Source: an uncultured Acidobacteriota bacterium (lineage in GTDB: Bacteria > Acidobacteriota > UBA6911 > RPQK01 > JAPXNP01). Taken from it: a stretch of DNA of 64,000 bases. The position numbers and the translations under genes are program-made. The stretch spans positions 393,683-457,682 of the forward strand of contig CAVZRV010000030.1 of assembly GCA_963777605.1 (NCBI GenBank). Direction: 5' to 3'. A model generated the notes under the pieces. That model ran no database searches, was not told the DNA's origin, and saw nothing but the letters and a program-made list of their open reading frames with translations. Numbering within the stretch: position 1 is the first letter of the stretch; each line of letters opens with the position of its first letter. Below, piece by piece: positions 20,093 to 30,352 of the stretch.

Positions 20093-20787
20093 CGCCGACG
20101 CTCAAGCATGAAAAGGGCTGGTTTGCCGCCGGCGTGGAAGTGCGAAAACGCCTTGAAGGTCCTCTACCGACGGCGCCTTCAAGCTCTTCATCCATCTGTG
20201 TCTGGCGGCGCCTCGCCAAACCGGGGTCGTCGAGACCAGTCAGAGCGAACTGGCCCGCACCCTTCACAAGGGCAATCTGACCATCCGTAAGTATCTGCAG
20301 GAACTGGAAGCGCAAGGGATCTGTCGACTGAGCGGCTTCGTGCCGGTCCCCTACTGTCGGGGCCGCATCGAGATCACCGACGATTACTGGCCTTATCAGC
20401 GCGGGACCACGCTCCGCCGACAACCCGTCGGACGGGACGCCTCGGTCGACCAGGTGCGCCAACTGCTTGAAGAGCGCAGCTGTGTGGCGGCTTCCTTCTC
20501 CACGGCCGATGAGATCCTGGCCCGCAAGTGGCTCGACAGGGCATCCCGCTCGAGCGCATCGAACAGGCCATCCTGCTCGGCTGTGCCCGCAAGTACGTCT
20601 CGTGGCGCAATCATCACGACACGACCCCGATCCGAGTCTGCACTACTTCCAGCGGGTCCTCGATGAGGTCGATCACCTCGAGGTCTCCCCCGACTACTGG
20701 TCGTACGTCCGCTCCCGCATGCGCCGGATGGAGGAACTCTGGGATCGGAATCGGCAACGAAACGCCTCGCCGGAGCCGGAAACTTGA
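20089..20787 (+). CDS. IS21 passenger ORF3: winged-HTH plus DnaD-like C-terminus (several frameshifts)
   Basis: Strong GGAGGAGG RBS. Joined frames read ...GAFKLFIHLCL...SQSELARTL...TIRKYLQELE..G...LE.AILLGCARKY...SLHYFQRVLDEV. Confidence 0.55.
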
Positions 20788-21276
20788 CCCCGCTTCGAGA
20801 CCGAAAAACCCGGACCGGCGAACTTGGTTACAAAATTTGACCAAGTTCCGCCGGCCGAAATCCAAAGGAGATGATGTTGATGAACCCTCAAAACCACTTC
20901 CTGCTTGCCTCGATGTTGTCCACCTCAGGCAGCATGAACAAACCCCAGCGTCGCTTCGCTCCGGAGGTGGACAACTTCCCCGGACCGGGTGGACAACATC
21001 AGCGGAATACGCACCCAAGCCCCGGATCACGGTCCATCCTTTCTCACCGGGTGGTTGATCGGGTGGGGAGCCGTGTGTGAGTTGACGCCGCACGGTTCAG
21101 AGAGCGGCGGGCGGCAACTACAATACCTTCGACATATTGTGGCACTGCCCGGAAAGCGGGAGGAGGACTAAGAATACACACCTCAGCCTGCTACTTTTGG
21201 GCGAGCCCGTCTACTCGCCCACCGACCTAACGTCGCCTTGGTGATCATGACGGCTGTCCTCCAGGCACAACTCAAA

Positions 21277-22072
21277 TTACTTGAAACTATACTCTTTCCA
21301 GTAAGGGGGGTATTCAAGCGATAGTTGCTCGAGAAACTCCCAGGCAGTATCGTTCAGAAACCTGGAGTTCCTGTAGTAATCGTGTCCGATCCCGAAAACG
21401 GATCTCATGCTCACCGAATAGCCCAGTTTTTGAAGCGATTCCTTCGTCTGTTCTGCTATAAGCGCGGCCGAGTCAAGACTGCCGGTGAGCAAGAGAATGG
21501 GAATATGCCGTTCTTGGGCATCCACCATTAAGTAGCCTTTCCCGAGTCGGAAGCCCTCCGCTTAACACCGTAACCGCAGCGAAGTATCCCGGCTCCAAGA
21601 GCCCCAAGACAAGTGCAAACGTGCCCCCTCCCGAGTGCCCGAATAAGTACACTCGCCGACCGTCGATCGGCAACGACTCTTTGATTTCTTCAATCAGATC
21701 ATAGAAGAACGGTGGGCCGTCAGCAGAGAGTTCCCAACTGCGAGAAGCTGAAGGCTCTGGACTCACCACGACCATGGGTATCTTGTCGGCAATGCCGGTC
21801 CACTTTTCAACCATCAGCTTGGAATGGGCTCGACTACCGGCCAAGGTGACAAGGAGTGGAACTGCTGTGTCTCGACCTTGCACCCCTTCAGGCACGTAGG
21901 CGAAGTACGAGCGGGTTGCTTCATCTGGATCGTCGATTGAGAGTCTTGCCACCTTGCCTTCCGGGAAAGCTTCCCCGGCAAGGAGTGCGCTGCAACTCCA
22001 AGAGAAAACACAAATGAAAGCGAATATCTTCGTTCTGATCATTCTTCTCCCGAGAACCGACACGGTCGCCAC
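21277..22072 (-). CDS. Secreted alpha/beta-hydrolase (PHB depolymerase/esterase-like), one frameshift
   Basis: Signal peptide, YVP, PLLV.L.G, nucleophile motif ID.RRVYLFGHSGGG, and GH.Y near the C-terminus. Confidence 0.8.
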
Positions 22073-22171
22073 TTCACCTGACGGAGGGCCTAGACGAACA
22101 CCGGGAATCTACCAACTGCAGCATCCTTTCCAAGACAGGCTCACAGCCGTCAAGTCAGCGCCACCTGAAAG

Positions 22172-22405
22172 TCATACGGTTCCTGCGGGTCCCGTCGTCG
22201 GTTCCCCGACGTCCTGCTGTTGAATGTACCCAGAAGTGACTTCCTCGGCACCTCCAACAGTCGAAACAAAGTACCCTCGGGCCCAGAAACGCGGAACAAC
22301 TAAATTCCGGGCAATCTGACTCGTGCTCTTCCCTTTTGATTTATCCGATGGCCCTCGCGCCAACGAACAGTTCGGCGGAATCGAGATCATATTACGCACA
22401 TCATC
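22172..22405 (-). pseudogene. IS200/IS605 Y1 transposase remnant
   Basis: ISIPP, KGKS...IAR, FWARGYFVSTVG and YI..Q motifs; N-terminus missing. Confidence 0.75.
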
Positions 22406-22583
22406 CGGGCTCAGGCCTTCCTCGCCTGTCTCGCCTCCTTGTGCCGCACAAAGTGACAAGCTATCGGCCCCGGTTCTTCGCACAACTCCGGCCTGCTTTC
22501 GCAGAGGGTCTTCGTGATCAGACTCCCGCGAATGTCAAACTTCTGCTACCTCCTAGGATAAGCAGCGAGTTCGTCGTCTTTGT

Positions 22584-23513
22584 CTAGTATTGAATTTCAC
22601 CGTTGAAAACCATCTCATCTATCTTGAAGGTAGTCCGCAAAGATTTGTCACCCACCGGGACTTCGACAGTAATCTTTCCGGGAGAGAACGAATCCAGCGA
22701 GCGTCCAGCGATTTCTCGAGGGAAGATAAGGAGAACCCAGCGAATATCCTCAAAGTTGGGGAACTTTCCCGTGAACACAGTTGAGAATGAAGGGGGCGCA
22801 GTGTCGGCAGGTACCCGCCTGTCATCGCCTACCGCACTCTGCTTCTTCAGGATCTCAACGTCAATAACCGCGCGGTTGACACCTCGACCCGACCGAGAGT
22901 AATTCATCCGATTGAAACCATACAGCATTGTCTTCGATCGGACGCCGGCACCAGTCTCGTTACGGAGAAAAGCTTCCTGGACAGGGGCGCCCCTGCCCGT
23001 TCGAATGACCTCCGGCAGATGCGGTGACGAGATAAGAACCCGAATTGAATCCCGATCATTGAGGGTTGCGCCAAGATTCTCGAAGTGCTGCTTGAGCTCA
23101 CGGTGTGCAGGAATGAGCATCCGAAGGTCAGAGAAGTATTTCCCGAGATTCGTGAATTGCGTGAAGTCGATCTTTCTGTTGAGAATCACCTGAGCACGAT
23201 CCAGCGCTTCAAGTACGGGCCTGGACAGCCAAAGGAAGTTGATATGAATCGGCTGGGATCGAACCTCCGCAGAGCGAAACGGTCGCCTCAACACGAGAAT
23301 TCGCTGTAGTGATACCCACGGGGATTCCAGGAGAAGCCATCCTACTGAATGCCTGCTCCACTCATCCGGAGGACGAGCCTCCCACTGCTCACTTTGGCGC
23401 ACGCCCCCAACGACGAGAATGCCCACGCAAGTTAAAACGCTCACCAACGCCAGAAAGCGTTGTCTATTGGATCGAAAACCGCTCATGGTCCGAAGGAAGG
23501 TTGCGTTTCTCAC
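22584..23513 (-). CDS. Exported hypothetical protein
   Basis: 309-aa ORF with an N-terminal hydrophobic segment. Confidence 0.55.
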   Translation of the reverse strand: MRNATFLRTMSGFRSNRQRFLALVSVLTCVGILVVGGVRQSEQWEARPPDEWSRHSVGWLLLESPWVSLQRILVLRRPFRSAEVRSQPIHINFLWLSRPVLEALDRAQVILNRKIDFTQFTNLGKYFSDLRMLIPAHRELKQHFENLGATLNDRDSIRVLISSPHLPEVIRTGRGAPVQEAFLRNETGAGVRSKTMLYGFNRMNYSRSGRGVNRAVIDVEILKKQSAVGDDRRVPADTAPPSFSTVFTGKFPNFEDIRWVLLIFPREIAGRSLDSFSPGKITVEVPVGDKSLRTTFKIDEMVFNGEIQY

Positions 23514-23928
23514 CAGACTACAACGTCCATGATAGATTTAGACAAAGCTAAGGACGTATGATTGATTATCGATGAACTCATACTTCATGTCAAGAACGCC
23601 ATCACAGTCTGTCTGTGCCGTCGGCCCAGAAGAGCACATTTCCATATTCTATAGAATTATACGATCTGTACATCAGGACGTATCGAAGGTCCACCGATAG
23701 AGGAGACTTCCCAGGGAGCCTCCTCTGAAACTCAACTGAGCCCACATCTACGGACCTGCAACAGAGAGCGTAGCCGTTATGGAACTCTCCTTAGCACGGT
23801 CCTTGTACAGTTTAGCCTAGTCTTCATTAAAGCCGACTGAAGTTCATCACTCTCTTCAGTTTCACGTCATCTTATGGCAGCATATTATCTGGGGCCGGCT
23901 CAAAGGATCGCATTCAGGAGCAGACTCT

Positions 23929-25142
23929 TCACTGTGCCAAGAATACGTCATATGAGTTCTCGACCAGTCGGAATGATGTGTACTTTGCTGCGAAATCGGA
24001 AGAGGTTGCCGTATTGGTCTTGCTTCAAGCTCGCTTTGTACTGGAGTTCTATAGCGTCAATTCCGACTTCGGAGAGAAATAGCAACTCGTCAGGATCAGC
24101 GAGGCCATCATGGCTATAGTCCATCCAGATCTGCAAGAAATGAAACACCGAATCTTGAGCATCAATCAAACCATCAGCGTTGCCGCCATTTTCAGGAGAA
24201 TCATAGAACGCTAGAGCAGCATAGCCGTTCTTGTTCTCGCCGAGGCACTCAGGCGACCGGTTGCCGAAGAGCTCAGTCCCATCGTTGATGGTCCCGTCTT
24301 GGTCACGGTCCATCACGAGGAAACCATCATTTGAATCACTCCTTGTCCAACTCAACTGCTCAGTCTCGCCGTCCGCGTTGAGATCGAACTGGACGCCCTC
24401 TTCTATGCTTGTCAATTTGAGAGATCCAGTTTCAAGGCTTATGATTATCGGGCAATCATGACACTCGCAGTCAGGCTCACCAAACCAAATTCCGCCGAAC
24501 GCAATACAATCCACCTCTCCAGATCCTGGGCATACACAGTTGCTGTCGTTGTAATCATTGTCACAATCTGAATCAACGTAGTCATTACAGGTCTCAGTGG
24601 CCCCAGGATGGATATTAGGATTTGTATCATCGCAGTCGTCACAATTTATCATACAGTAGTCTGTGCCCTTTTCCCAATACAGGTCTCCATCTGAATCCGG
24701 CGGGCACGCCATTTTGGAGAGGGAGTTGGAGTCTGAAGCCAATATACCGCAGCTACAATCTCCGTTCTCGTCGACTGGCAGCCCTCGGCGCTCCATCCGA
24801 AGCTGAAGTAGCCCGAGTAGGTGTGGTCCCAATCAGGGAACGATGGCGCACACTGTTTCATTACGTTGTTGACGATCTTGCATTCTCCCTGACCCTGGAG
24901 AGTGCTCTGGTACGTCCCACCATTCGGCTTCTCCGGATCCCAAGGATACGTCGGAACGACCGTCCATAACATAGTCTTCTGAACACTGAAAGTCTGTTCC
25001 TGGCTACAGGACGGAGGACCGTCGCCAGTCATTTCGGGCTTCAATCGGGAGCGGTCCGCGCCAAAGCCCGGGGAAGTGCTGAAAACAAGGGCAGCAAGGA
25101 TTCCGACGAGATACTCAGAGAATGTATTGATTTGAATCTCAT
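23929..25142 (-). CDS. Secreted Cys-rich protein with MopE-like metal-binding repeat and Ca-binding DxDxDG domain (frameshifted)
   Basis: AAGGAG RBS, DCDD..P.IHPGA.E.C...D.DCD, PIII.L...FDLNADG...DRDQDG.I.DG.ELFG...NG..AL, and terminal YDVFL in a shifted frame. Confidence 0.7.
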
Positions 25143-25303
25143 TGCTTGTTTCTCCTTTTTGTAGTGTTGCCAGGTGATTCTGAATGTCTCGTTGGTGTGA
25201 ATAAATTATTAACAAGTCCTGAAAGAACCCGACGATGACTCGCGGTCTAACTTGAGCGTTTCGAAACTCGGCTGAGCACCGTTCAAAGTCCAGAGCCGAC
25301 TGG

Positions 25304-26161
25304 TCAAGCGCCCTCGGTGAATTGACGTCGGGATGGCTTCAGGCCTCTGGTGGCCACGATCGACAGTGGCGGGCGCGGAGGTGATGTTTTCGACCATGCT
25401 TCGTGGGAAGAACGGATTCCAGGGGATAATTCTTTGCGATCGATACCGGACGTAACACCGTTCATGGAGCTGAAAGAGTCGGGACGTAGAAGCATTATCG
25501 ACAAACCATGAGAGCCGACCGGGTGGATGCGCGAACAGTCAGCAGGGCCGCAAAGAGGTGGAGCAGATCTTCGGTTGGCTGAACAAAGCCGTGTCGGTCC
25601 CTGAGGTTCGGACCCAGGGGCTGAAATGAGGTCAGTTCGACAATTCGGTTTCGGACGGGGGTCTGCAAGCCGAACTGAACGAATATTCCGGGGGCCATGG
25701 ATGCTTGAGAGGGCCAGACCGCAAGATAGACAGTAGATTTGGGCAACGAATCGAACAGACGCCGACCTCGAGTTGTACCTTGTCCCGGTGATATTCTTCG
25801 TTACTCTCTGGGTGACGCAATCAAGATCGAGACGAGTTGGCGGCTCAACGGCAGCATTCTTGATCGGTCTGACGGAAGAGCGACGAGTGTTCAGTCCGGA
25901 GTGTCCTCTTCCAATCGCTCCTTCGCGGATCTCTCGAAGGTCGGGAGTCTTCAACCGGGCTTGTTTACCCGAGGCACGAAGCGTAAATGCTTCCGCCACT
26001 TTGGTGCCATCAAAGTGTCCTGTGACCTCGAATCTCCCGAGCTGGGAAACCGCAACCGCTCCGCCGTAGCGCTCCAGAATCTGGTCGGCAACCGACTGGG
26101 CCGGAAGGAGGGTGGTGAGAAGAAACAAGGCGGGAAGCACAAGGACTGGCTTCACTTTCAT
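25304..26161 (-). pseudogene. Secreted protein; only about the first 100 aa look genuine
   Basis: Signal peptide and ADQILERYGG..A..Q start; the rest of the ORF has non-coding-like composition. Confidence 0.4.
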
Positions 26162-26250
26162 GGCAGGCTCTCCCGATGGAATGTTCCGGTTTGTGGAAAC
26201 CCTTCGCTCAATCGGGATCTACCATGTTGTGGCTCTTGCCCGGTAAGATT

Positions 26251-26298
26251 TTCATAATGTCCGAACACTCCAAGCCCAATCTGTTCGGAATATCCGAA
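26251..26298. promoter_or_regulatory. Bipartite palindromic operator, copy 2
   Basis: TTCATaatgtCCGAA-N18-TTCGGaatatCCGAA between a divergent secreted-protein gene and XRE copy 2. Confidence 0.7.
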
Positions 26299-26394
26299 CA
26301 CCGTGCCGATATCGTCAATTTGCAGCCTGAACTTGCTGCGTGACTCGAGACAGAACCCTTTCAAAGACAAACGCCGGAGCGGTTTTCAAGGGCC

Positions 26395-26423
26395 TTGACA
26401 GTGTCGGAAAGCGGCGCTAACGT
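26395..26423 (+). promoter_or_regulatory. Sigma70-type promoter of XRE copy 2
   Basis: TTGACA-N17-TAACGT upstream of the GAGGAG RBS. Confidence 0.65.
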
Positions 26424-26455
26424 GGCGCGCAAACAGCTGAAGAGGAGAGAAGACC

Positions 26456-27034
26456 ATGCTTTGCGGGCAATCGGTGAATGATTTCGTCAGGCAGCGGCTT
26501 CGACGACTGCGGCTTTCCAAGAATGTCGGCGTCAGAGAGATCGCTGAGCGCATCGGCATGCCGAGCAGTTCCTATGCGTCGATGGAAGCCGGTGCCTACC
26601 GACTGAACCTGGAGTCCTTGTTCCGGGTGCTGGCGGCACTCGAGGCTGATATCTCGGCGGTCTGGCCGACAGAAGCTTCCGGAGCCCGCGCTGAGGACAG
26701 CGAACTCCTCTACCAGCGACGGCTCCAGGAATTTCGGTTGGGTGAAGTGATCCGACTGTCCCAGGCTGAGGGAGGCGCGCTGTTCGAGGCCCGTGGTCGG
26801 TCCTGCCGGATCGTGATGTATCAGAACCTGAGCGATTTCCTGCTCGATCGATGCCTCGTTCGCCTGGAAAACGGAGATCCGCCCAACCAGGGCCTGTGGT
26901 GGCACCAGGATTTCCTCGGCACCACCTACCATTTCTTCCTCAAGGCGGAAGGGTGTCCGAGTTTCGTGGAGAAGCTGGTTCAGCACTACCTGGTCAACTG
27001 GTGCGCGCTGTTTGCGGAAGAATCAGGCGACTAG
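26456..27034 (+). CDS. XRE-family HTH regulator with unknown C-terminal domain, intact copy 2
   Basis: N-terminal XRE helix-turn-helix; 192-aa intact ORF with RBS. Confidence 0.85.
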   Translation: MLCGQSVNDFVRQRLRRLRLSKNVGVREIAERIGMPSSSYASMEAGAYRLNLESLFRVLAALEADISAVWPTEASGARAEDSELLYQRRLQEFRLGEVIRLSQAEGGALFEARGRSCRIVMYQNLSDFLLDRCLVRLENGDPPNQGLWWHQDFLGTTYHFFLKAEGCPSFVEKLVQHYLVNWCALFAEESGD

Positions 27035-27445
27035 CGCCCGGACCAGCCTCAGCTCCAGTGCGGAGAGCACCCGGATGTCGTTGAGACTGGCCGAGAGCTT
27101 GCTCTTCCAGGACATCACCCAGTAGGTGAGGTAAAAGGCGGCAACCAGCCCATAGGATTTCAATCCCAGGTTCCGTGTCCGGATGAGTCCGAGGACGTCT
27201 GCCCGCAGCGAGCGGGAATACTCCGTGAAGAGAAACTTTCCTTTGCCCGATTTTGTCATCAGGTACTGCGTGTCGGGCGCATCCAGCATGATCAGGATCA
27301 CTTCCAGGTTGAGGTTGGCCTCGCTGAGTTTCTCGCGGTCCGATTCCCGGATCTCGATCCGAGCCAGGTGGTAATAGGCCGCAACGACGGCCACGCAGGC
27401 GACCAGTCCCAGGAAGTAGATTTCAATGTAGTCATCGAATCTCAT
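27023..27445 (-). CDS. Small membrane protein
   Basis: N-terminal TM helix; ATGA-coupled to the upstream multi-TM gene; paralog at 14034-14297. Confidence 0.8.
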   Translation of the reverse strand: MRFDDYIEIYFLGLVACVAVVAAYYHLARIEIRESDREKLSEANLNLEVILIMLDAPDTQYLMTKSGKGKFLFTEYSRSLRADVLGLIRTRNLGLKSYGLVAAFYLTYWVMSWKSKLSASLNDIRVLSALELRLVRALVA

Positions 27446-28182
27446 TGGCTGGATGGCCTCTCATAGAGAAGGTGCAGCATCAAACGGACACTCCGCTGCA
27501 ATCCCAGGTTCAGCGTGCGCTGTTCCGCCGACGCACTTGCCGGCGCGTAGTTCCAGAGTCCCGCGGTAAAGATCACCAGGGCAACACCGTAGATCGCCGG
27601 GACTCCGAACTGGAAGACCTCAAATCCGATTCGGTCCTGGAAATAGCTCACGAAATTCAACGACTGGCAGCTGACCATCAGGGTCATCCCGCCCAGAATC
27701 GCCTTGAGATTCTTTCCCGGGTCGATGTCTCGCCGCTCCAGCAGGTAGACGTAAATCAGCAAAGTCAGGACCATCTGAAAAACAAGACTGATCGCCTCTA
27801 CCCGATCATAGCCGTAGACCGGCAGGAACCCCAGGAAAACGAACACGGGTAGCCCGACCAGGATCGAAAGCACGGTGAGGACACTGGTCGCGTGGGGCGA
27901 CTCGCCACCGACCCTGAAGTTCCGTCGGGCCAGATCAACGAGCACCCAGATCTGCAGTGCCGGTGTCAGAGTCGAGTAGGTGTAGTAGTGAACCCGGTAC
28001 ACCGACGACTCAATTCCAAAGTGCAAGATGATCCAATCCCCGATCCATACTGCAAGTGCCTCGAACACGAGATAACCGAAAAACACGCGGTAATGGGACA
28101 TCAGTCGCTTCTTCATCAACCGAACGACCAGGACCACCAGTAGTGCCGAGTTGACATACATCGGAATCTCAGCTGGCGACAT
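27442..28182 (-). CDS. Multi-pass (about 7 TM) membrane protein of unknown function
   Basis: 246 aa with alternating hydrophobic helices; AAGGA RBS. Confidence 0.8.
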   Translation of the reverse strand: MSPAEIPMYVNSALLVVLVVRLMKKRLMSHYRVFFGYLVFEALAVWIGDWIILHFGIESSVYRVHYYTYSTLTPALQIWVLVDLARRNFRVGGESPHATSVLTVLSILVGLPVFVFLGFLPVYGYDRVEAISLVFQMVLTLLIYVYLLERRDIDPGKNLKAILGGMTLMVSCQSLNFVSYFQDRIGFEVFQFGVPAIYGVALVIFTAGLWNYAPASASAEQRTLNLGLQRSVRLMLHLLYERPSSQ

Positions 28183-28242
28183 TCCTTGAAGTCTATTCGC
28201 GATCTTAAGCCTAGATCAAGAACTCCCGTCTCGTCACCCCTT

Positions 28243-28290
28243 TTCGGAATACCCGAACACTTGTGCCCGCAAGTGTTCGGCCCTTCTGAA
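28243..28290. promoter_or_regulatory. Bipartite palindromic operator, copy 3
   Basis: TTCGGaatacCCGAA-N18-TTCGGcccttCTGAA between the multi-TM gene and the divergent peptide ORF. Confidence 0.7.
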
Positions 28291-28358
28291 AATTTTTGGT
28301 CCCAAGAGCATGCCGGATCTAGTCTGCGCGGGTCCGATGGACAGGAAGGGAGCAGGAG

Positions 28359-28526
28359 ATGGTTGAATGGATTTTGGTTGCGACTTTGACGGCCCTATCG
28401 TTTGTAGCACTGACAGACACGCAGACCGGCTCTGGAACGGAGAGCCAGGACCCGATTGTACAGACCGAGGACTGCTGTCCGGGTCCTCCTCCGCCTCCCC
28501 CTCCGTGCCGCGACGGCAACTGCTGA
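28359..28526 (+). CDS. 55-aa secreted Cys/Pro-rich peptide precursor (absent from the ORF track)
   Basis: MVEWILVATLTALSFVALTDTQTGSGTESQDPIVQTEDCCPGPPPPPPPCRDGNC*, preceded by the purine-rich RBS GGAAGGGAGCAGGAG. Confidence 0.7.
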   Translation: MVEWILVATLTALSFVALTDTQTGSGTESQDPIVQTEDCCPGPPPPPPPCRDGNC

Positions 28527-29074
28527 ACCCACCAGGGGCAATTCAGCCTGAGGTCAACACGGCGGGAGTAACCAGCACCAGGCAAGCAGGAGACTGGGCA
28601 AAAAGGGTCCAGAACAGCCAGCTCGTGATGATTGCCTAAGAACGGTGTGGGTCGTCTGAGGATCCAGATTCGGGAGGACCCACCAGAGACACGCAGCCTC
28701 CCCGCGAGGTCTGGGCGGTGCGCAATGGCTGCGCATCCCATTGTGGGACGACCTGGAGAATCTCGCCGGTCTCCTGCAGCGCCACTGCTGTTGGGATGCG
28801 GCAGTGTGCCGGCCGTTGTCATCAAAGGTTACGATCAGAAGATCCCTTTTCGCGATGTTCTCTTTCGAAGGCCAGCTCAAACGGCATCTTCTGCCCAAGA
28901 GACTCCGCATCGCTCGGCCTTATAGGGTTCCATGTGTTGGACTACTCTCTGAGCGGTTGTCCGGTGACAAATCCCAAAAATGGACATCTGTGTCAACTAG
29001 CCCCGCCCGGATTCGTGGACATCAGTGTCCATGCACCGGAACACATTTAACTCTCCAGGTGTTCCCTTGGGGCC

Positions 29075-30352
29075 ATGACAGCCGTCTATGCAGCCAACGG
29101 GAAACGAGATTTTCATGAATTCGAGCGCATGTTCGATGGGCGGATCGAGCAGCTTCAACAGGCCACCTGGGAATTTGACGAAAACCGACGGCTGGTGCTT
29201 CGTTACATCGCCGAGTGTCGACACGGCATGGTGAAAAGCGGGGGTCGCAACCGGCGGGTGGCAAAATCGACCCTCTACCGGATTGTCGGGATCCTGGAAC
29301 TCCTGAGCGAGTCCTGGATCAGGAAGCCTTTTCCCCAGTGCACGGCGGAGGATTGGCGCAATTTCTACATCCGCATGGAGGACGGAGAGATTCTGAGCCA
29401 GTCCGGCAAGCCGTTTCTGCAGAGTTCCCGGGCCAAGAACTACAAGACGGTCCAGAAGTTCCTCCGATGGATGGGTCAGGAAGAGTTCTGTGACAACTGG
29501 GATACCCGGGAGGAGTCCCGCACCAAACAGATCGTCACTCGGAAGGAAGTCGAGCAAATGGCCGAAGCCTCCACTCCCGCGATCCGTTGCTTCCTCTGGA
29601 TCCTCTTCGACGGAGGCTTCCGCGCCGAGGAATTCGCCAATCTTCGCTGGATGGACCTGAAGAAGCACGAGGGAAAAGGATATTACCAGGCCCAAGTCCG
29701 CGCCGAGACCTCCAAAACGAAGAAAGGACGGGTCGTCAGTCTCTGGCTGGCCACCGACAGCATCGATCGCCTCCGCCGGGAATGTGAGCGCACTGGTGAA
29801 TTCGAGCCATCCCAGTTCCTGTATACCGGCAAGTACCACTCCCTGTTGAAGACGGTCAAGCGGCTCGGCCGACGGGTCTTGAATCGGGAAATTTCGCCCC
29901 ACGTGTTGCGGCACAGCAGCGCCAGCTACTATGCCAACATCATCAAGACCTACCAGAATTTCTGCTTCCGCTACGGCTGGTCGCTCAAAAGCGGAATCGC
30001 CCAGCGCTACTGGCATCCCACGACCGACGACGAGATCGCCGACCAGGCCCAGGAACATGAAATCGGGCGCTTCCGAAACGACTTCGAGCGCATGAAAATC
30101 GAACGAGGAGCCCTCTCCGAGGAAGTCGAGCGCCTCCGCCACGAACTCGAACAATTCAAGTCCGCCGTGTTCGACCACTTCATAAAGTCGGGCAAAGCCG
30201 ATCGGCTACATGACCAAATCATGCAGCACAATGACGTTGGATTCAGACAACCTCAAGAACAGACGAGTGGAGAGACAGAGGTACCGACCGCATCGGTTCC
30301 GGATCAGACTGAAGCAGGATCCCTTCGTCGATTTTCTCGGAAATCTGACTGA
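29075..30352 (+). CDS. Tyrosine recombinase/integrase with C-terminal coiled coil
   Basis: Catalytic motifs DGGFRAEE (R), SKTK (K), PHVLRHS (H-x-x-R), GW (W) and QRY (Y). Confidence 0.92.
   Translation: MTAVYAANGKRDFHEFERMFDGRIEQLQQATWEFDENRRLVLRYIAECRHGMVKSGGRNRRVAKSTLYRIVGILELLSESWIRKPFPQCTAEDWRNFYIRMEDGEILSQSGKPFLQSSRAKNYKTVQKFLRWMGQEEFCDNWDTREESRTKQIVTRKEVEQMAEASTPAIRCFLWILFDGGFRAEEFANLRWMDLKKHEGKGYYQAQVRAETSKTKKGRVVSLWLATDSIDRLRRECERTGEFEPSQFLYTGKYHSLLKTVKRLGRRVLNREISPHVLRHSSASYYANIIKTYQNFCFRYGWSLKSGIAQRYWHPTTDDEIADQAQEHEIGRFRNDFERMKIERGALSEEVERLRHELEQFKSAVFDHFIKSGKADRLHDQIMQHNDVGFRQPQEQTSGETEVPTASVPDQTEAGSLRRFSRKSD

Larger units (their letters stand above)
17500..21013 (+). mobile_element. 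IS21-family element carrying a third ORF
   Basis: Ends TGCGTATTCCG and CGGAATACGCA, multiple subterminal GTGGACAA/TTGTCCAC-like repeats, and istA-istB. Confidence 0.92.

Noticed and set aside
19009-20280. IstB-ORF3 fusion protein
   Set aside because: ORF3 has its own strong RBS and an ATGA junction, so the read-through is most likely an indel artefact.
28997-30178. 393-aa antisense ORF
   Set aside because: Shadow frame of the integrase with no recognisable motifs.
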